Positions 25,196-38,691 of a DNA stretch of 64,000 bases are shown in pieces. The position numbers were made by a program, and so were the translations under genes. Origin of the DNA: Nemertoderma westbladi (lineage: Eukaryota > Animalia > Xenacoelomorpha). Under the pieces are notes generated by a model that worked only from the letters and a program-made list of their open reading frames with translations, was not told the DNA's origin and did no database searches. The stretch spans positions 165,972 to 229,971 of the forward strand of contig JAUCBJ010007580.1 of the NCBI GenBank assembly GCA_032718475.1, given 5' to 3'. Each line of letters starts with the position of its first letter. Positions within the stretch are counted from its first letter, which is position 1.

Positions 25196-26365
25196 TCTAA
25201 CGGTATAATTTCATAAATAATTAATCAGCATCAATAATCAAGTAAAGATTAAATATATTTTGCGCAGTTTGCAGCCTAGTCCTATAGTCAGATAGGTGGA
25301 ATACCTGAATACTTCTCCGAAGCGCACCGTACAAGTTATAAATTCGCACCGCACAACCGAAAATTCGCGTTGGGGGCATTGTAGGGGACCCCTCCCTCAA
25401 AACTACCGGTAAATAAAATATTTTCAAAAATTATTGCTGAGGTGCTTGGCTGTGCAGCTAGGGCTGTGCGACACCTTTCCGACTTACAAAAAATCGAGCG
25501 GTAGATAGCCAGCACTGCCAGACTGCACCCTACACACCAGCATTATCAAATTTACTCCATAGATCTACATTGTACGGCACGTTCGGTTTAACTCAAATTT
25601 TAACTATCTGACTACAGGACTAGGGTTTACAGTAGGTACAGCACTGCAGCAGCGTGGGCTTACCTAATTAACATTAATTAAAAATTAAAACAGAACATAG
25701 TTTAGTTATTCTGTTTGCCATTTGGCAGTTATCAGGTTTTGGCTATAGGCCTATTCACAAGCCAGATAGCTGAGAATGCTGTATTCACTGATATAAAAAT
25801 ATTAGGTAAGGTAGAAACTGAGAAAGGTACCGGTACGGTAGACAGGTAGGCCTTATATTTATTACACAACCTGGCATTCGGGCTGCCAGCGCTGAGTTTT
25901 GGCGTAGGATTATCAGATTATACAGTTATATTACAGTACCGGTACTGCAGTATTATACAATCAGACAATGCTGATACCACGGTACCTCTCCATACTGGCT
26001 GACTGGTATGGCACTGCTGTCAGCTGTATGCCTGACGTTCTGCTATTAAACCATCGACCTCCGCTAATTTCAGGATTCTGCTCGCTGCATGACCTGTTAT
26101 TTAGTACACCTTGGGTACAATGCAGCAATGTGGTAGGCCTATTTCACTTTCCTCAGCCATTCCTTCCAGCATTTCCAGATTGCAGAGTTCAGAGTATTCA
26201 GTTATTCCAGTATTCGTGACTAGGCCTATTCCAGTATTCAGCCCAAGGCCATCTAAACAACAGGCCATGACAAGGACCTAGCCTTCAAAATTATCGTAGG
26301 CTGACTGTGCTGATTATGGTACGGGTAACGAAACTGTTCCTAACTATCAGCCTAAGCTATATACT

Positions 26366-27523
26366 TGTAAAAGCTTTTGCGGGATGTAACTGGCCCTTTT
26401 TCTCCGCAATCCAGTTTTCCCTCAATGCGCTCAAATACTCTAAAACTGCCTTGCTCGAGTGATGCATTCTGCTGGCTGATTGGCCGATTTGCTGTACGTA
26501 TGGCCTCTTTGTTCTGTTCGATTAACCAATCAGAACAATGATCAACTAATCAGAGCGATTTAGCCTTGTGTTGGCTATGGGCTGCAAAGGCTAGGGAGGT
26601 TTGGCATTTAGACGTTCGTGGAACCTATAGAATCTGGAGTTCTGCCAATGAGAGCTATTTCTCTTTGTGTTGAAAGCTGCCTACAACAGCCCACAGGTTT
26701 CAGTGTGTTGGTTTTCCTGATGCAATGAACATCGGCTATGGAATTATTCTGTTTCAGACTTTAGCCAAAACATTAGAACGGCTTTGATTACCGGAACGTA
26801 TAACTGTTATCCTGCCTGTCAACTGCATTATATACACACCGCATTATTTTACTGCTATTTACTGTCGGTTATTAATTGTATCTGTTGATGGAATATCGTT
26901 ATATTTGGATAATATCGATAAATAATTATAAAACCCCATCTTCTTGATATACTGAAGGTAAGAGACCGGTTACATATAGCAATTGCGACTTATATGATAT
27001 TGGTTTTGGAGTGAATCTAATGCTATTTCATAGGCACTACATGGGTCAATTGCTATTCTCTTTATATGTGACTAAAATTAGTAAAGGTCGGCAGATCAGT
27101 GTGCAGTATTGTGCGGTACCGGTAGTGTGCATGATTGGGACAGATAACAAAGCATCTCCTAAAGAATGCACCTTATACGTGAATCATAAGCCATCCCGTT
27201 GTGTTTAGTGTAAGTCATAGCTCTGTTTATATATTTAGAGCGCCACGTCCTAAAGGAACTGTTAATATTTCCCGAAGGTTAATAATATTGTCAGAGATTA
27301 TATATTAACGATCAATCGAATAATACAGTAGGCCTACACCGCAATAAGGTCAGAGCCCCCGAATCCAGTCTCCTGGGTATATCCAGCGGGTGAATGATCG
27401 CGCATAGGCTGGCTTCGGCTAATGTAGTGTATCAAATACTCGTTGTAGGCTAAAGTCGATTTACAAACTAAAAGACACCTAAATTAGGCGGGTTAAACTG
27501 CCTAAGGTCTAAAAGCGCGAACA
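26366..27523 (+). repeat. 5' LTR of element B (1158 bp)
   Basis: Direct repeat of 36499-37464, starting TGTAAAAGC and ending GCGAACA. Confidence 0.95.
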
Positions 27524-27867
27524 ATAACAGTTATGAACTCTGATTGCAGTGTAGGCAATAAATACAGTTACTATTGTTCTGGTAAGAACAGTAACAGTTA
27601 TTGCTTCTTTATTGCAGTAAGCAATAAAGCTGAAGTACCGGTCGACTGGTAACCTGTAGGCCTAACTACCTAACCACCGGAACCGGTATTTACAGCAGTA
27701 TAGGTACATCAGTATTATTTCGATTGTGATATATTGTATATTGTAGGCTGTTAGGGGATTAGGGATTGATCACCCCTTATTCCTTTGCATGGTTTACTTA
27801 TTTCTGTCAGTTTTATTTATCTGTAGGCTAATATTGAGCAGAAGACGTGTAAGCCTGCTCAGATCAT

Positions 27868-28480
27868 ACAGATAATTTGTAGGCTGGACTGTTGTCTGAC
27901 TGTTGATAGGTCTGAACGGATTGCAGTGCATGTAGAGTGTATGTCCGATAAAGTGCCGGTTAGGAAAGTAGGGGCATCCAGTACTGTAAGGTAAATCCCC
28001 CCCCCCCCCCCCCCCGAAAGAATAAGTCGTACTACTAGGTTAGAACGCATACTAACTAACCATTTCGGAGTCTGCATGTACTGTAATTTATTTAGGCTTG
28101 ATAGTAGTCTGCCAGCGTTTAGTCTGTATTTTGTTTGTATAGTCTGTACAGGTACCGTAATATTTCTTATTCAGATAATTTATAGGCTAGATTGTTGTCT
28201 GGCTGTTGTTAGGTCTGAAGAGATTGTAGTTTTGTGTGGAGTGTATGTCCGATAAAGTGCCGGTTAGGAAAGTAGGGGCATCCAGTACTGTAAGGTAAAT
28301 CCCCCCCCCCCCCCCCCCCCGAAAGAATAAGTCGTACTACTCGGTTAGAACGCTTACTAACTAACCATTTCGAAGTATGCACATACTGTAGTTTATTTAG
28401 GCTTGATAGTAGTCTGCCAGCGTTTGGTTTGTATTTTGTTTGAGTAGTTTGTACGGGTAGCGTAATATTTATTATTCAGA
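27868..28480. repeat. ~305 bp tandem duplication in the 5' UTR of element B
   Basis: Two copies of cagataattt...gtgtatgtccgataaagtgccggttagg...poly-C...gaaagaataagtcgtactac. Confidence 0.9.
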
Positions 28481-29804
28481 GTTTATGCGATTATTCGCAA
28501 CATTCATACCCCCAAGTTTATTCCTACAGTAATAGTGCTTGTTATATATACCGTTATAGTTAAATTAACCCCGGTACTACATCAGGGCTGCTTGGCGTAG
28601 GTAAAGACTGGTGATTTTGTGCCCCGGTCACTCCAGCAGATACCGTGGTTCTTTTAGCTGTTCAAGTATTTTAACTACTGATTATTTGTTGTATAAGTAC
28701 TTGTACCTAATTTAGGGTTTAGTGTACAGTGCTTCCCGAAGGTAATTAGTGTGTAGGCAGTATATTTGTGTTGTAAAGTGGTTAATAGGCACGTTGGTTC
28801 TGGTAGACCGCGGTAATTAACTTCTAGGTAGGAACACTCCGTGATACATAACATAGTACTTATAGCGATACGGCTATAAGTCGTCAGACGGTGGTATTTT
28901 TCCTATCTGGACAACGCAGTATATTTACTACTGCTTAGTTATTTTCAAATACCGTAGTACTCTGTCCGTTGTAATAACCAGATAATCTAACCCTTTGTTA
29001 GGCTGGTTTGTAGACTTCTTGTAAAATTACCCTAAAAATTCGTACGTGTAATTTTTGTGTTTATTTAGAGATTGTAATCTCACCCCGAATTGTATGTAAT
29101 TTGTAGTATTAAGTAACTTAGGTAAATTAGAATTATTTGTTTTAGTGTCCAACAAGTAGCACTTCACTGAGAGCGCACAGCTTCTGTGTAGTGACTTCCC
29201 CCAGAAATAATAACATTTATTTCAAATATTGACAAAACCCATTTTAATGGGTATATATATTATAAATCAACTCAACCGATTTATAAAATAGTAGGCCTGC
29301 CATACAACAATTAGGTCTCAATATCAGTTGGACTACTGCTTAAATAACGGTAATAAAGTAAGTTAAAGTAACCAAGTAACCCCTAAAATTCAGAAATTTA
29401 ATTATTCTAAAATAATTGATATACCGGTATTTACAATAGACTTATTATATTTATTTCTATAAATTTAGGCTGAAATTATACCGGTATTCTGTAATTAATT
29501 CTAGTCCATAATTATACTTATATATACTATAAGTGAAAGCTGTATACCGGTATTCACGATAGGCCTATTATATATTTATATATATTTGTGCTGAAATTAC
29601 ATACCGGTATTCTGTGACAAACCTAGTCTGTAATAATACTTATATATACTATAAGCATACCGGTATTCTAATATATTGTATATATATCACGTTACATTCA
29701 GTGACGATATCGGTAATTAATTACTAGGCTAACAGTTGATACTGAATTACTAGACTCGCTTTAACTGTAATATAGCAGTAGGCATTCAACTGTACAAATC
29801 TAAT

Positions 29805-32373
29805 ATGTCTGACACAAAACGGGCACTGTCAGATAGTCTTTTGAAAGGTGTTAGAATGAGTCTTCGACTTGGACAGTGTCTTGAAAGGATAGAAGACAGA
29901 AAAGAAGCGGAAAGAAAAGTAGCAGCGGCAGAAGCAGAAAGAAAAGCGGAAGAGGCAGTGGCAGAAGCAGAACGGAAGGCGTCTGAAGCGACTACCCAAC
30001 TAGAGCTGGAAAACCTTCAGGCGAAACAAGATTACTTGAAGAAACAAACCAGAAGACAGGGATTTGCCTCCTCCGATGAAGGTGATATAAGAGATCCCGA
30101 AGGTAGAGGTAATACATTCAAGCCGACGTAGACGGATGCTCAAGCGGACGGTACCTCCTGAGGTGAGAATGTAACTGGATAGTGTAGACTATCCAGTGTA
30201 TTACAGAACTCGCTGTGGTACAGAACCCACAGACCAAATTATTACCGTAGAAAGACTCCCTACTATAGTAGATGAGCCTGAAATAATTAGGCCTGTTCTC
30301 GAAGCCACCCCTTCGGTGATAGAGATACCTGTACTCCCAGAACCTACCTCTAAATTCCCTTTGCACAGCACGAAACTACCTGTGCCCAGTAGGACTGTTC
30401 CCGAGTCCGAACCCATCCTGGACGCCGAGCGAGATATCAAGAATTTATCGCCCGTCGTCTCTCGCTTACCCGCTACTACGTTGGCGACTCCCGCTTCAGC
30501 GGTCGAGTGGGTAGCTGAGGGACGATGGGAGATGGGTCTCCTGCTCGGGCAGCTGAGGGAACATTGTAACTGTTCCTCCCAGCAGGTCCGGGAGTTGGAA
30601 GGGGCTGTTCAGCAGTTAAAGGGAGCAGTAAGAGAGGGTAGGTTAGCATTGCAAGAAGTGCAGCAGAGTATCGCGTCAGAACGCGATAAGTTATTAAATT
30701 TACAAAAGGGTATACCACCACCCTCTGTAACAATGTGTCAACCTGTTAGGTCTGAAGTATTTCATGCGCAAGGTGTGGAGCCTACACGCATCTATACTGC
30801 TAGTGAAGTAGAAACTCCTATAGTAAACCCTATTAAGGGTAATTATAAACCTGTTGACAGTGATATTCCATATAGACTTGATAATAATCCTAGAAATTTA
30901 TATACCGATAACTCGATATTAAATAATACGATGGCCCAAGAAAGTTTTACGCGTCAAACGGCTAGAACCGAAGCCTGTCAAGCGGTAAAGATGGGAGAGA
31001 TCGTCAAGTTCAATGGAGATGAGATGAAATGGTTACCTTTTAATGAATATTACAAAGATAACATACAGAACTCTGTGCTATCAAACGGAGAGAAACTTAG
31101 ATTCCTCATCGAGTGCTTGGAAGGATCTCCCAAGTTAATGGCGTTAAAGTTTATTGGACATCCCGATGGATTAAGACAAGTTTGGGATACCCTAAACATC
31201 GGGTATGGTAATAGGAATAACATAGCTAGGTATTTGTATGCAAAATTGGTAGCGCCCCGAAAATTCATTAGCAGCGGGATTATAGAGTTTTCCGATGAGA
31301 TTCAGGAGATCTGTAGACAACTAGATTGGTTAGGTAAGTCTCATGAATACCAGAATTCTATGGTTGTAGGAGCCTTAGCATCTACTATGCCCAAGGGTGG
31401 AGTAGGTACACGCTGGGACAAGAAAGTGTTATATATGATGGAACAACAACGAAGAGACCCTACCATGGCTGATCTCATGTCATTCTTAGATGGAGAGGTA
31501 AAATTACAGCTTCTAAAACAGTCCAGAGAGAAGACACCGGAAAATAAGGTAAGTGAGAGACCCGTTTCTAGGAGAAAGGTAATACCAGTGTGTTATACAG
31601 ACGACGGCGAAAGCCAGGCTTCTCAAGAGGAAGACAGCGGGAAAGACACTGAAAGATCTTACTATGACAACACAGCGCCTAAGGACGTAAGTAAATTCAA
31701 GCCTCGAACCAATGACAGGAGAGAACAGGTAAGAAAAACTCCTCCTACGTCTCCTAAGAGAATTCATGTAAGAAAGCCCGAAGAAAGAACGAGTGTGCAC
31801 AACGTTACTCAAAGTAAGGTAAGTAACATCAAACCAAAATGTGTGCTGTGCGACGGGCCCCACCGTTTAAGTGCGTGTGATGAATTCCTGAGGAAATCAC
31901 TAAAGGACAGACGTGAAGTCATGTGGGATAAGCGGTTGTGTTATAATTGCCTCAGACGAGGACACCAACGGCGAACCTGTTACTCCGACGCAAGGTGTGC
32001 AAAGTGCGGCGCAAAACATCATATCTTGTTGCACACTGAATTCGATCGAAACAGCCCGAGTCAGGTAAGTGAGTCCGAACTACATGTCCAATTCAGTGAT
32101 GTGAACGACACTGACCAAAGTTCTGAGATGGAAGGATTCTATACGGACGAATTCTCCGACGAAGATGAATCCTGTTACATGATAAATACCGCAGTGTATC
32201 GAGCACTTATGTATGAAAAAGACACAAACAGCGAGCTCGCCCTAACTACTTCTGATCGACAACCATCTTGGAAAGCACCAACTTCCAATGTAGGAATCCG
32301 TGAATTTCCTGTAGTGCAATTAAGGGTCCACGGACCTAAAAGGAGTTATATAGTGAACGCCCGCCCTCCTTGA
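29805..32373 (+). CDS. gag: BEL/Pao gag of element B (one frameshift near 30120)
   Basis: Coiled-coil N-terminus, KFNGDEMKWLPF, LSNGEKLRFLIECLEG, and knuckles CVLCDGPHRLSAC, CYNCLRRGHQRRTC, CAKCGAKHHILLH. Confidence 0.88.
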
Positions 32374-33274
32374 CTCCGGTAGCACAGGAACATTCATCGA
32401 CAAAGAACTAGCCGAAGACATCTTTGCTGGACAACCCAAGTTCCGAACTAAGTTAAACATGTCAGGAATTATGCAGGTTTGGAAATCTACAGTAATAGCG
32501 GATTATTATGTAGGTGCGTTGTCCACCCCCCAGGATGAACTAGGAGAACATAGTATAAGGTCAGTAAAAATGGTGGCGATAAAGAACTTCGCTACCAGCC
32601 AAGTAGAACCTTATAACTGGGATGAGGACGATTCCACCCAGCAGCTTAATATACCTAGATTCAACACAGATTACCCTGGAGTGCAAATACTCATCGGCCA
32701 AAATGCGCATGAAGCGCTTGAGACATTGGAGAAACGGCCTGCTCAACCGCAACCATTACAAGTCTATGCGGGAAGAACTAGAGTAGGTTGGTACTTTACT
32801 GGCCCTTCACGTGGAACTCTAATGGAAAGATTACCAAAAGAACAGGTATATCAATTAAGTGAATGGGAAGTGGAGAGCAGTGAAGTTGATGACCCAACTG
32901 AGGGAACACCATACTCCTCAGATAATGATGATATTAACTCCAATGTAGATCAATGGAGACATTGCCCCGAGACGATTAATCTAGCCGACATCGCTTCCAG
33001 AGGAGCAACTCCTCAAGAACTGACAGATACTCCAGACCGGTTAGGTGGACCCGACTTCCTAAGTAAAGAAGATGAATGGCCTCCTCATCTTACCCCGGCG
33101 AAGATTAGACAGGCCAAGGGAGCGGAGAAAGTAACACAACCACTCAATCGCCCAGCTGGTCATTTATGTTTACTGGAAAGAGACCGAAAACTGTCCGGAA
33201 ACTATGGAAGGCAAGATACTCTTCCCACGACCACCTCCCTAATCCAACAAATATCTAGGGACTCCATAATGTAA
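32365..33274 (+). pseudogene. Protease fused to short RNase H and integrase C-terminal remnants
   Basis: LLDSGSTGTFI follows a frameshift at ~32365, then ILIGQN and TRVGWYFTGP. Next come WRHCPETINLADIASRG..GPDFL..WP (RNase H end) and RPAGHLCLLE (integrase end). No RT motifs. Confidence 0.8.
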
Positions 33275-33824
33275 CAACATACGGAGTGGGTGTGTGACTA
33301 TATTATTTTATATTTATTTTTATTATTTTATATTATGTATGTATTATTATGTAATTTTATTATAATCGTTTTCTTTAATTTTATTTAGTAGAATGTTATT
33401 TTAGCGATTATTTAGTAGATTAGTGCAATATATATTAGCGTTTATTACTTAATTACCTGTATATTATATTTAGTGCGACGGCGAGAAATAATTCTTTTTC
33501 TCTTTCCTTACTGTCCGTATTACATTATAAATACGTGACTACAGTAAGATGAAATATCCGTACTTATTAAAGTACAATAAAGCTCCTACTATATTCAAGT
33601 ATTATTGGTAAGCAGAGTATTAGGAATGCAAAGTTCAGATCCTCGTGTCTCGGCTAAACCAAGCTCTGGGTAGACCTTGGAAACGACTTGCCTCTTCTCA
33701 CTGACATTGCTTCGTGCGATATTGCTCTCATACCGTATATTAAATAATACATATAGTAGCGTGATGTCCCTTTAACAGTAGCGTATAACGCAAAATAAAT
33801 CTGTTAAACCCTTTGACCATCTGC

Positions 33825-34140
33825 AATTCTAGTCGATTAAGATATCGCGGCACCCACCGATATACTTGAAAGGCAAATTCTAGAATCAGTGGTTAACGTC
33901 CCCAGACAAGTTCTGGAATAAACTGGTGCCCATCCTAAATATTAATTACGGTATTAATATTTACAAAATCTGTCAAATTTCAGATCCTTTAAAATTCTAG
34001 TCAATTAAGATATCGTAGCACTTACGGATACTCTTAAAAGGACAAATTTCCTAGAATCAAGGATCCCAGTCCCCAGACATGCTCTGGAATAAAATTGTGT
34101 CTATTTAATATTAAATAATAAAATTTACGGGAATAAATTT
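33825..34140. repeat. ~170 bp diverged tandem duplication inside element B
   Basis: aattctagtc(g/a)attaagatatcg...cccagaca..ctggaataaa occurs twice. Confidence 0.75.
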
Positions 34141-34914
34141 AAATTCATATCTTTTAATGAATTTGATAAATTGTTATTTTATACAATTTATAACATTCCC
34201 AAAATTCCATTAATTAATAGATCATGGGAGCGGAGATTCACCCTATTAAGTATATTAGTGTGCGAGAATCTCCAATATATAGTCAATAGCCGACAAAATT
34301 CATAAAATCATGTATAAAGAGGAATATTGACAATTAAAGAATTACTATTAAATAGCATCCCAGATCTGTATGCATGAGAATTACCCTAATTCTACCGCTA
34401 GCTTTCCATAATGTCACCATGGCAACAACCACGCTAGAATTAGAAGTGAGTTAAAAGAACAATAAAGGCTTGCCCCATTGAATAGCATAAGGAATAAAAT
34501 AGCACATTGCTAGTATCCCAGGATACCCAATAATAACGTGGCATTCTGGAAGGCACTGACTAAAGGACAAATGGCCCGAATATGTGCGGTTTGTGACAGT
34601 TGTGTGGAATTTGTGCGTTTATAGGTGAATGTTACTACTAAAGTGTGTTTACAGTAGCGAGTCGCAATTGTGAAAGTAGCCCTAACTCTCCAGTAAGAAC
34701 CTGAAGTATATCTAAGCCTTTGGGATGGACGGTGGAGTGACTCGTGCTGGTTGTTGTGGTCGTTGTGCAGCTACGACGTTGGCGATAGGCACATCGGCGA
34801 AAGTAAACCAGCGCTGAGGATCTTGCACTGTCCTTGGGCAGAGAGGGGTAGGCAGCGACGCCCGCTAGCCTAAATATAAACTCATTATAATATTAATAAA
34901 CTCATATAGCAGAT

Positions 34915-36076
34915 ATGACTGAGTTGATAGAAGATGATCTTGGTGTCAGGGGAGATATACTCTACCGTTGCAGGCGTTTGTTGATAGCTTAATACGCGGC
35001 GATGCTGGTCCAACTGCTGCGGAGGACGATGGTCGTTATATCGAACCGCCAATGTCCCATGAGCAGCTCACGTGTGAGTTGGACTATAGAAAATTCACCG
35101 CTCGCTATACGCATCGTAATGGTACGTATATGGACTTCTTAACTACTGGTCATCCTATTGACCTACACGATACGGACGATATAGACACCGAAAGGGAAAT
35201 GGTTTTATTTAAATATCATACCCAGCGGAAGCGGAACGATAAACTGAGACTCGAACACGAAAATTATATTCGAAACCGACTCGAAAGTGAAGATGTTGAA
35301 GAGCCGGATAAACGCAGCGACTTCAACAAATATCTGGAATTCTTGAGAGAAACATATCTCAATATTACCAGTCAACAGAATCTAGAAACTCGATATCCTC
35401 AAGGTATACATCATGACCGCATGGTGGAACTCAAGCGGCTCTGTTCCACTATGATGTATCTTACCGCCAATCGACCGCTACCTGTTGTACCGGATGGCTT
35501 CGAGCAGATGGGGGAGTGTTGTGAACTGGAGAGAGATCACTCGCGTTTCCCCTACAAGACGTGCATCTTTGGTATTATTGCGATGGGTGCCCTAGACCCA
35601 ACCAACAAAGGAAAGACCTAAACATCCGCGGAGACGTTGCACTAAACACGGTTTTACTCGCTATACTTACGGGAGTTTCGAGCGAAATTTGTTTGACGTA
35701 TCACCTACGATCCTTAAGTAAACCAATGATCAGAGTTCTGGAATACTCGATCAGACCTCCTCATTCCCTAGTGAGACCTCAGACTCTTGATCCTATTAGT
35801 ATGACGGATCCTCCCGAGCTGTACTCACTGTTCAAAGATCTAGTGTTACCTGAACAGTTAGTCGGTGGCACCCCGGTTGTGGGCTTCCTAGATATTAGCC
35901 CATCCTACCTAGCCGGATTGGGATGCGGACATTTAATGTCGCCGTTTGACCCTTGCCATCGTCCCGGTTTAACACCGATACAACCTGTACACCAGAGTGG
36001 AGGAGAGCGTTGTCCCAAGCGCGTTAGACGCTATTCTACAAAAGATCAGAAAAGGAACCTACGCTTGTCCAGATAA
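34915..36076 (+). CDS. Extra ORF (ORF3) of element B, unknown function, split by probable frameshifts
   Basis: ATG at 34915 follows an acceptor-like TAGCAG. Overlapping ORFs 34968-35621 and 35561-36076 have protein-like composition in otherwise AT-rich DNA. No domain recognised. Confidence 0.55.
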
Positions 36077-36498
36077 ACATAAATTGCACTAGCAGGTCCA
36101 AGCGGTAAACAAAGTAACTTTATCTCAGTTCGATTGGGAAATCCAGAATCTCTAAGAAATTATCGAACTTGGACGACCCTATTCTCCGTGAGAATTTTTG
36201 GACGGACACATCCAACGAAAAGCGGAGGAAAATCAGCTCGAGGAGAAGCATATCGAAATGGACGAGACACCGACCGTAATCCTAACCTTCTGATGCAATT
36301 GTATTGCACTCTTCGCCCAGGAGTTATAGCCCTCCTAGTAAAATGGCTCGCCCCAAAGAGAAAAGGACTCTTGCTAGCCTCAAAAAACTGCGTAAACGCC
36401 GTCCGCGCAAGAAAGACTAACTGTTTAGAGTATTTTTGTATTTTAGAAACTGTGATTTTTTATATTTTATAGAATTAAATCCCATTTTCTGGGAGCGG

Positions 36499-37464
36499 TG
36501 TAAAAGCTTTTGCGGGATGTAACTGGCCCTTTTTCTCCGCAATCCAGTTTTCCCTCAATGCGCTCAAATACTCTAAAACTGCCTTGCTCGAGTGATGCAT
36601 TCTGCTGGCTGATTGGCCGATTTGCTGTACGTATGGCCTCTTTGTTCTGTTCGATTAACCAATCAGAACAATGATCGACCAATCAGAGCGATTTAGCCTT
36701 GTGTTGGCTATGGGCTGCAAAGGCTAGGGAGGTTTGGCATTTAGACGTTCGTGGAACCTATAGAATCTGGAGTTCTGCCAATGAGAGCTATTTCTCTTTG
36801 TGTTGAAAGCTGCCTACAACAGCCCACAGGTTTCAGTGTGTTGGTTTTCCTGATGCCATGAACATCGGCTATGGAATTATTCTGTTTCAGACTTTAGCCA
36901 AAACATTAGAATGGCTTTGATTACCGGAACGTATAACTGTTATCCTGCCTGTCAACTGCATTATATACACACCGCATTATTTTACTGCTATTTACTGTCG
37001 GTTATTAATTGTATCTGTTGATGGAATATCGTTATATTTGGATAATATCGATAAATAATTATAAAACCCCATCTTCTTGATATACTGAAGGTAAGAGACC
37101 GGTTACATATAGCAATTGCGACTTATATGATATTGGTTTTGGAGTGAATCTAATGCAATAGCTCTGTTTATATATTTAGAGCGCCACGTCCTAAAGGAAC
37201 TGTTAATATTTCCCGAAAGTGAATAATATTGTCAGAGATTATATATTAACGATCAATCGAATAATACAGTAGGCCTACACCGCAATAAGGTCAGAGCCCC
37301 CGAATCCAGTCTCCCGGGTATATCCAGCGGGTGAATGATCGCGCATAGGCTGGCTTCGGCTAATGTAGTGTATCAAATACTCGTTGTCGGCTAAAGTCGA
37401 TTTACAAACTAAAAGACACCTAAATTAGGCGGGTTAAACTGCCTAAGGTCTAAAAGCGCGAACA
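36499..37464 (+). repeat. 3' LTR of element B (966 bp)
   Basis: Near identical to the 5' LTR apart from a net 192 bp deletion (5' LTR ~27024-27216). Confidence 0.95.
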
Positions 37465-37674
37465 ATACTGTTAGGTATATCAGTATATTGGGGTTTGGAA
37501 TGATCCATTTGTTTTAACATACTACGGAATTGCTTGCTTGTCAGTACGATTCTATTTACTACACTGGGAATTTCAGAATTTGGCGGGCGGTCGGATCGTA
37601 ATGTGGGCCACTGCCGCCAAGTTCCTCCAAGACCTTGGAGTGCAGTGGGGTGGAAAGAGTCCGACTTACGTCGA

Positions 37675-37835
37675 GCAGTCTGTTTGTAACTGGTAGCCAG
37701 GCGTCAGCAGTCTGTTTGTAACTGGTAGCCAGGCGCCAGCAGTATGTTTGTAACTGGTAGCCATGCGCCAGTAGTCTGTCTGTAACTGGTAGCTAGGCGC
37801 CAGCAGTCTGTCTGTAACGGATAGCCAGGCGCCAG
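37675..37835. repeat. 32 bp minisatellite, 5 copies
   Basis: Unit GCAGTCTGTTTGTAACTGGTAGCCAGGCGCCA. Confidence 0.92.
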
Positions 37836-38055
37836 GCAGTTTATAACTGTTAATCATAAGAATGTAATTTAAAGTGATAAATTAACATACAATGGTATCT
37901 ACACTAAGGTAGTTACTAATAATTGTTCAATAAAGGTTTTAATAATTGCCTTTGTCAAAAGTGTATAAATAGGAGGATTTTTAGGGCATTAAAACCATTC
38001 TTTAACAGAAAATTATCTTAACTTTAGTTAGAAGTTATTTACAAATACTGTAAAA

Positions 38056-38235
38056 ATGTTACCGGTAAGTCTTAAACTATTTTCTCTGCTGTCAGCTCTT
38101 TTCCTTTCGCCAGTAAATCCAACAGGCGTCTGCGGCAACAAAGAAGGGAAGTTGTACCTCATCAACTGTGGGTTGGATGTTTCCATATGTGACAATGGAA
38201 ACAATGGAACTAAATCCGGTTTGATTCTAGAACAA
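38056..38235 (+). CDS. Putative exon 1 (signal peptide) of the fibrinogen-related gene
   Basis: AAAATG start; MLPVSLKLFSLLSALFLSPVNPT is signal-peptide-like. Phase-0 donor GTTAGT at 38236 is in frame with the downstream exons. Confidence 0.55.
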
Positions 38236-38457
38236 GTTAGTTTATAATTTAATTCATAAAGTATTCATTTAGCTTTTTTATCGTAATTTTTCATTTAATA
38301 ATTTGCTCACGTGATAATATAACCCTCCTCTATAAATAGTGTTTGATTTATTCTTCAAAGCAGAGAAACATTTTCTCACAGAATAATTCCATTACCTAAA
38401 TAAATGGATAAATAAATTGGATATCCGTCTGTCCATTCCCATGTCCATGTTTGCAGT

Positions 38458-38616
38458 TGTGGGGGATGTAAATGCCACATATAAATAACTAACGTACTAG
38501 TGAGCTATTTTATTATTGTTAAACATTGTTGTGTTTTATATGTTCTAGAATACATAATACTCAAGGAAACGAGTTAAGTGTCCGAACGATAGGTATGCCA
38601 TCGAGTGGACGCTACA
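38458..38616 (-). repeat. 3' LTR of the Gypsy element
   Basis: Identical to 42798-42956, with TG...CA ends. Confidence 0.96.
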
Positions 38617-38691
38617 TCACTCCCCCCCAGTGAGGGCGAGAAAGTTTATGATCATTGATGTGTTCTAGTTGAGAATTAACAGTGAGTCGAG

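Larger units (their letters stand above)
26366..37464 (+). mobile_element. BEL/Pao LTR retrotransposon B, non-autonomous, with an extra 3' ORF
   Basis: TG...CA LTRs at 26366-27523 and 36499-37464. 5 bp TSD ATACT at 26361-26365 and 37465-37469. GGGAGCGG lies before the 3' LTR. Gag has three Cys/His knuckles. Confidence 0.95.
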
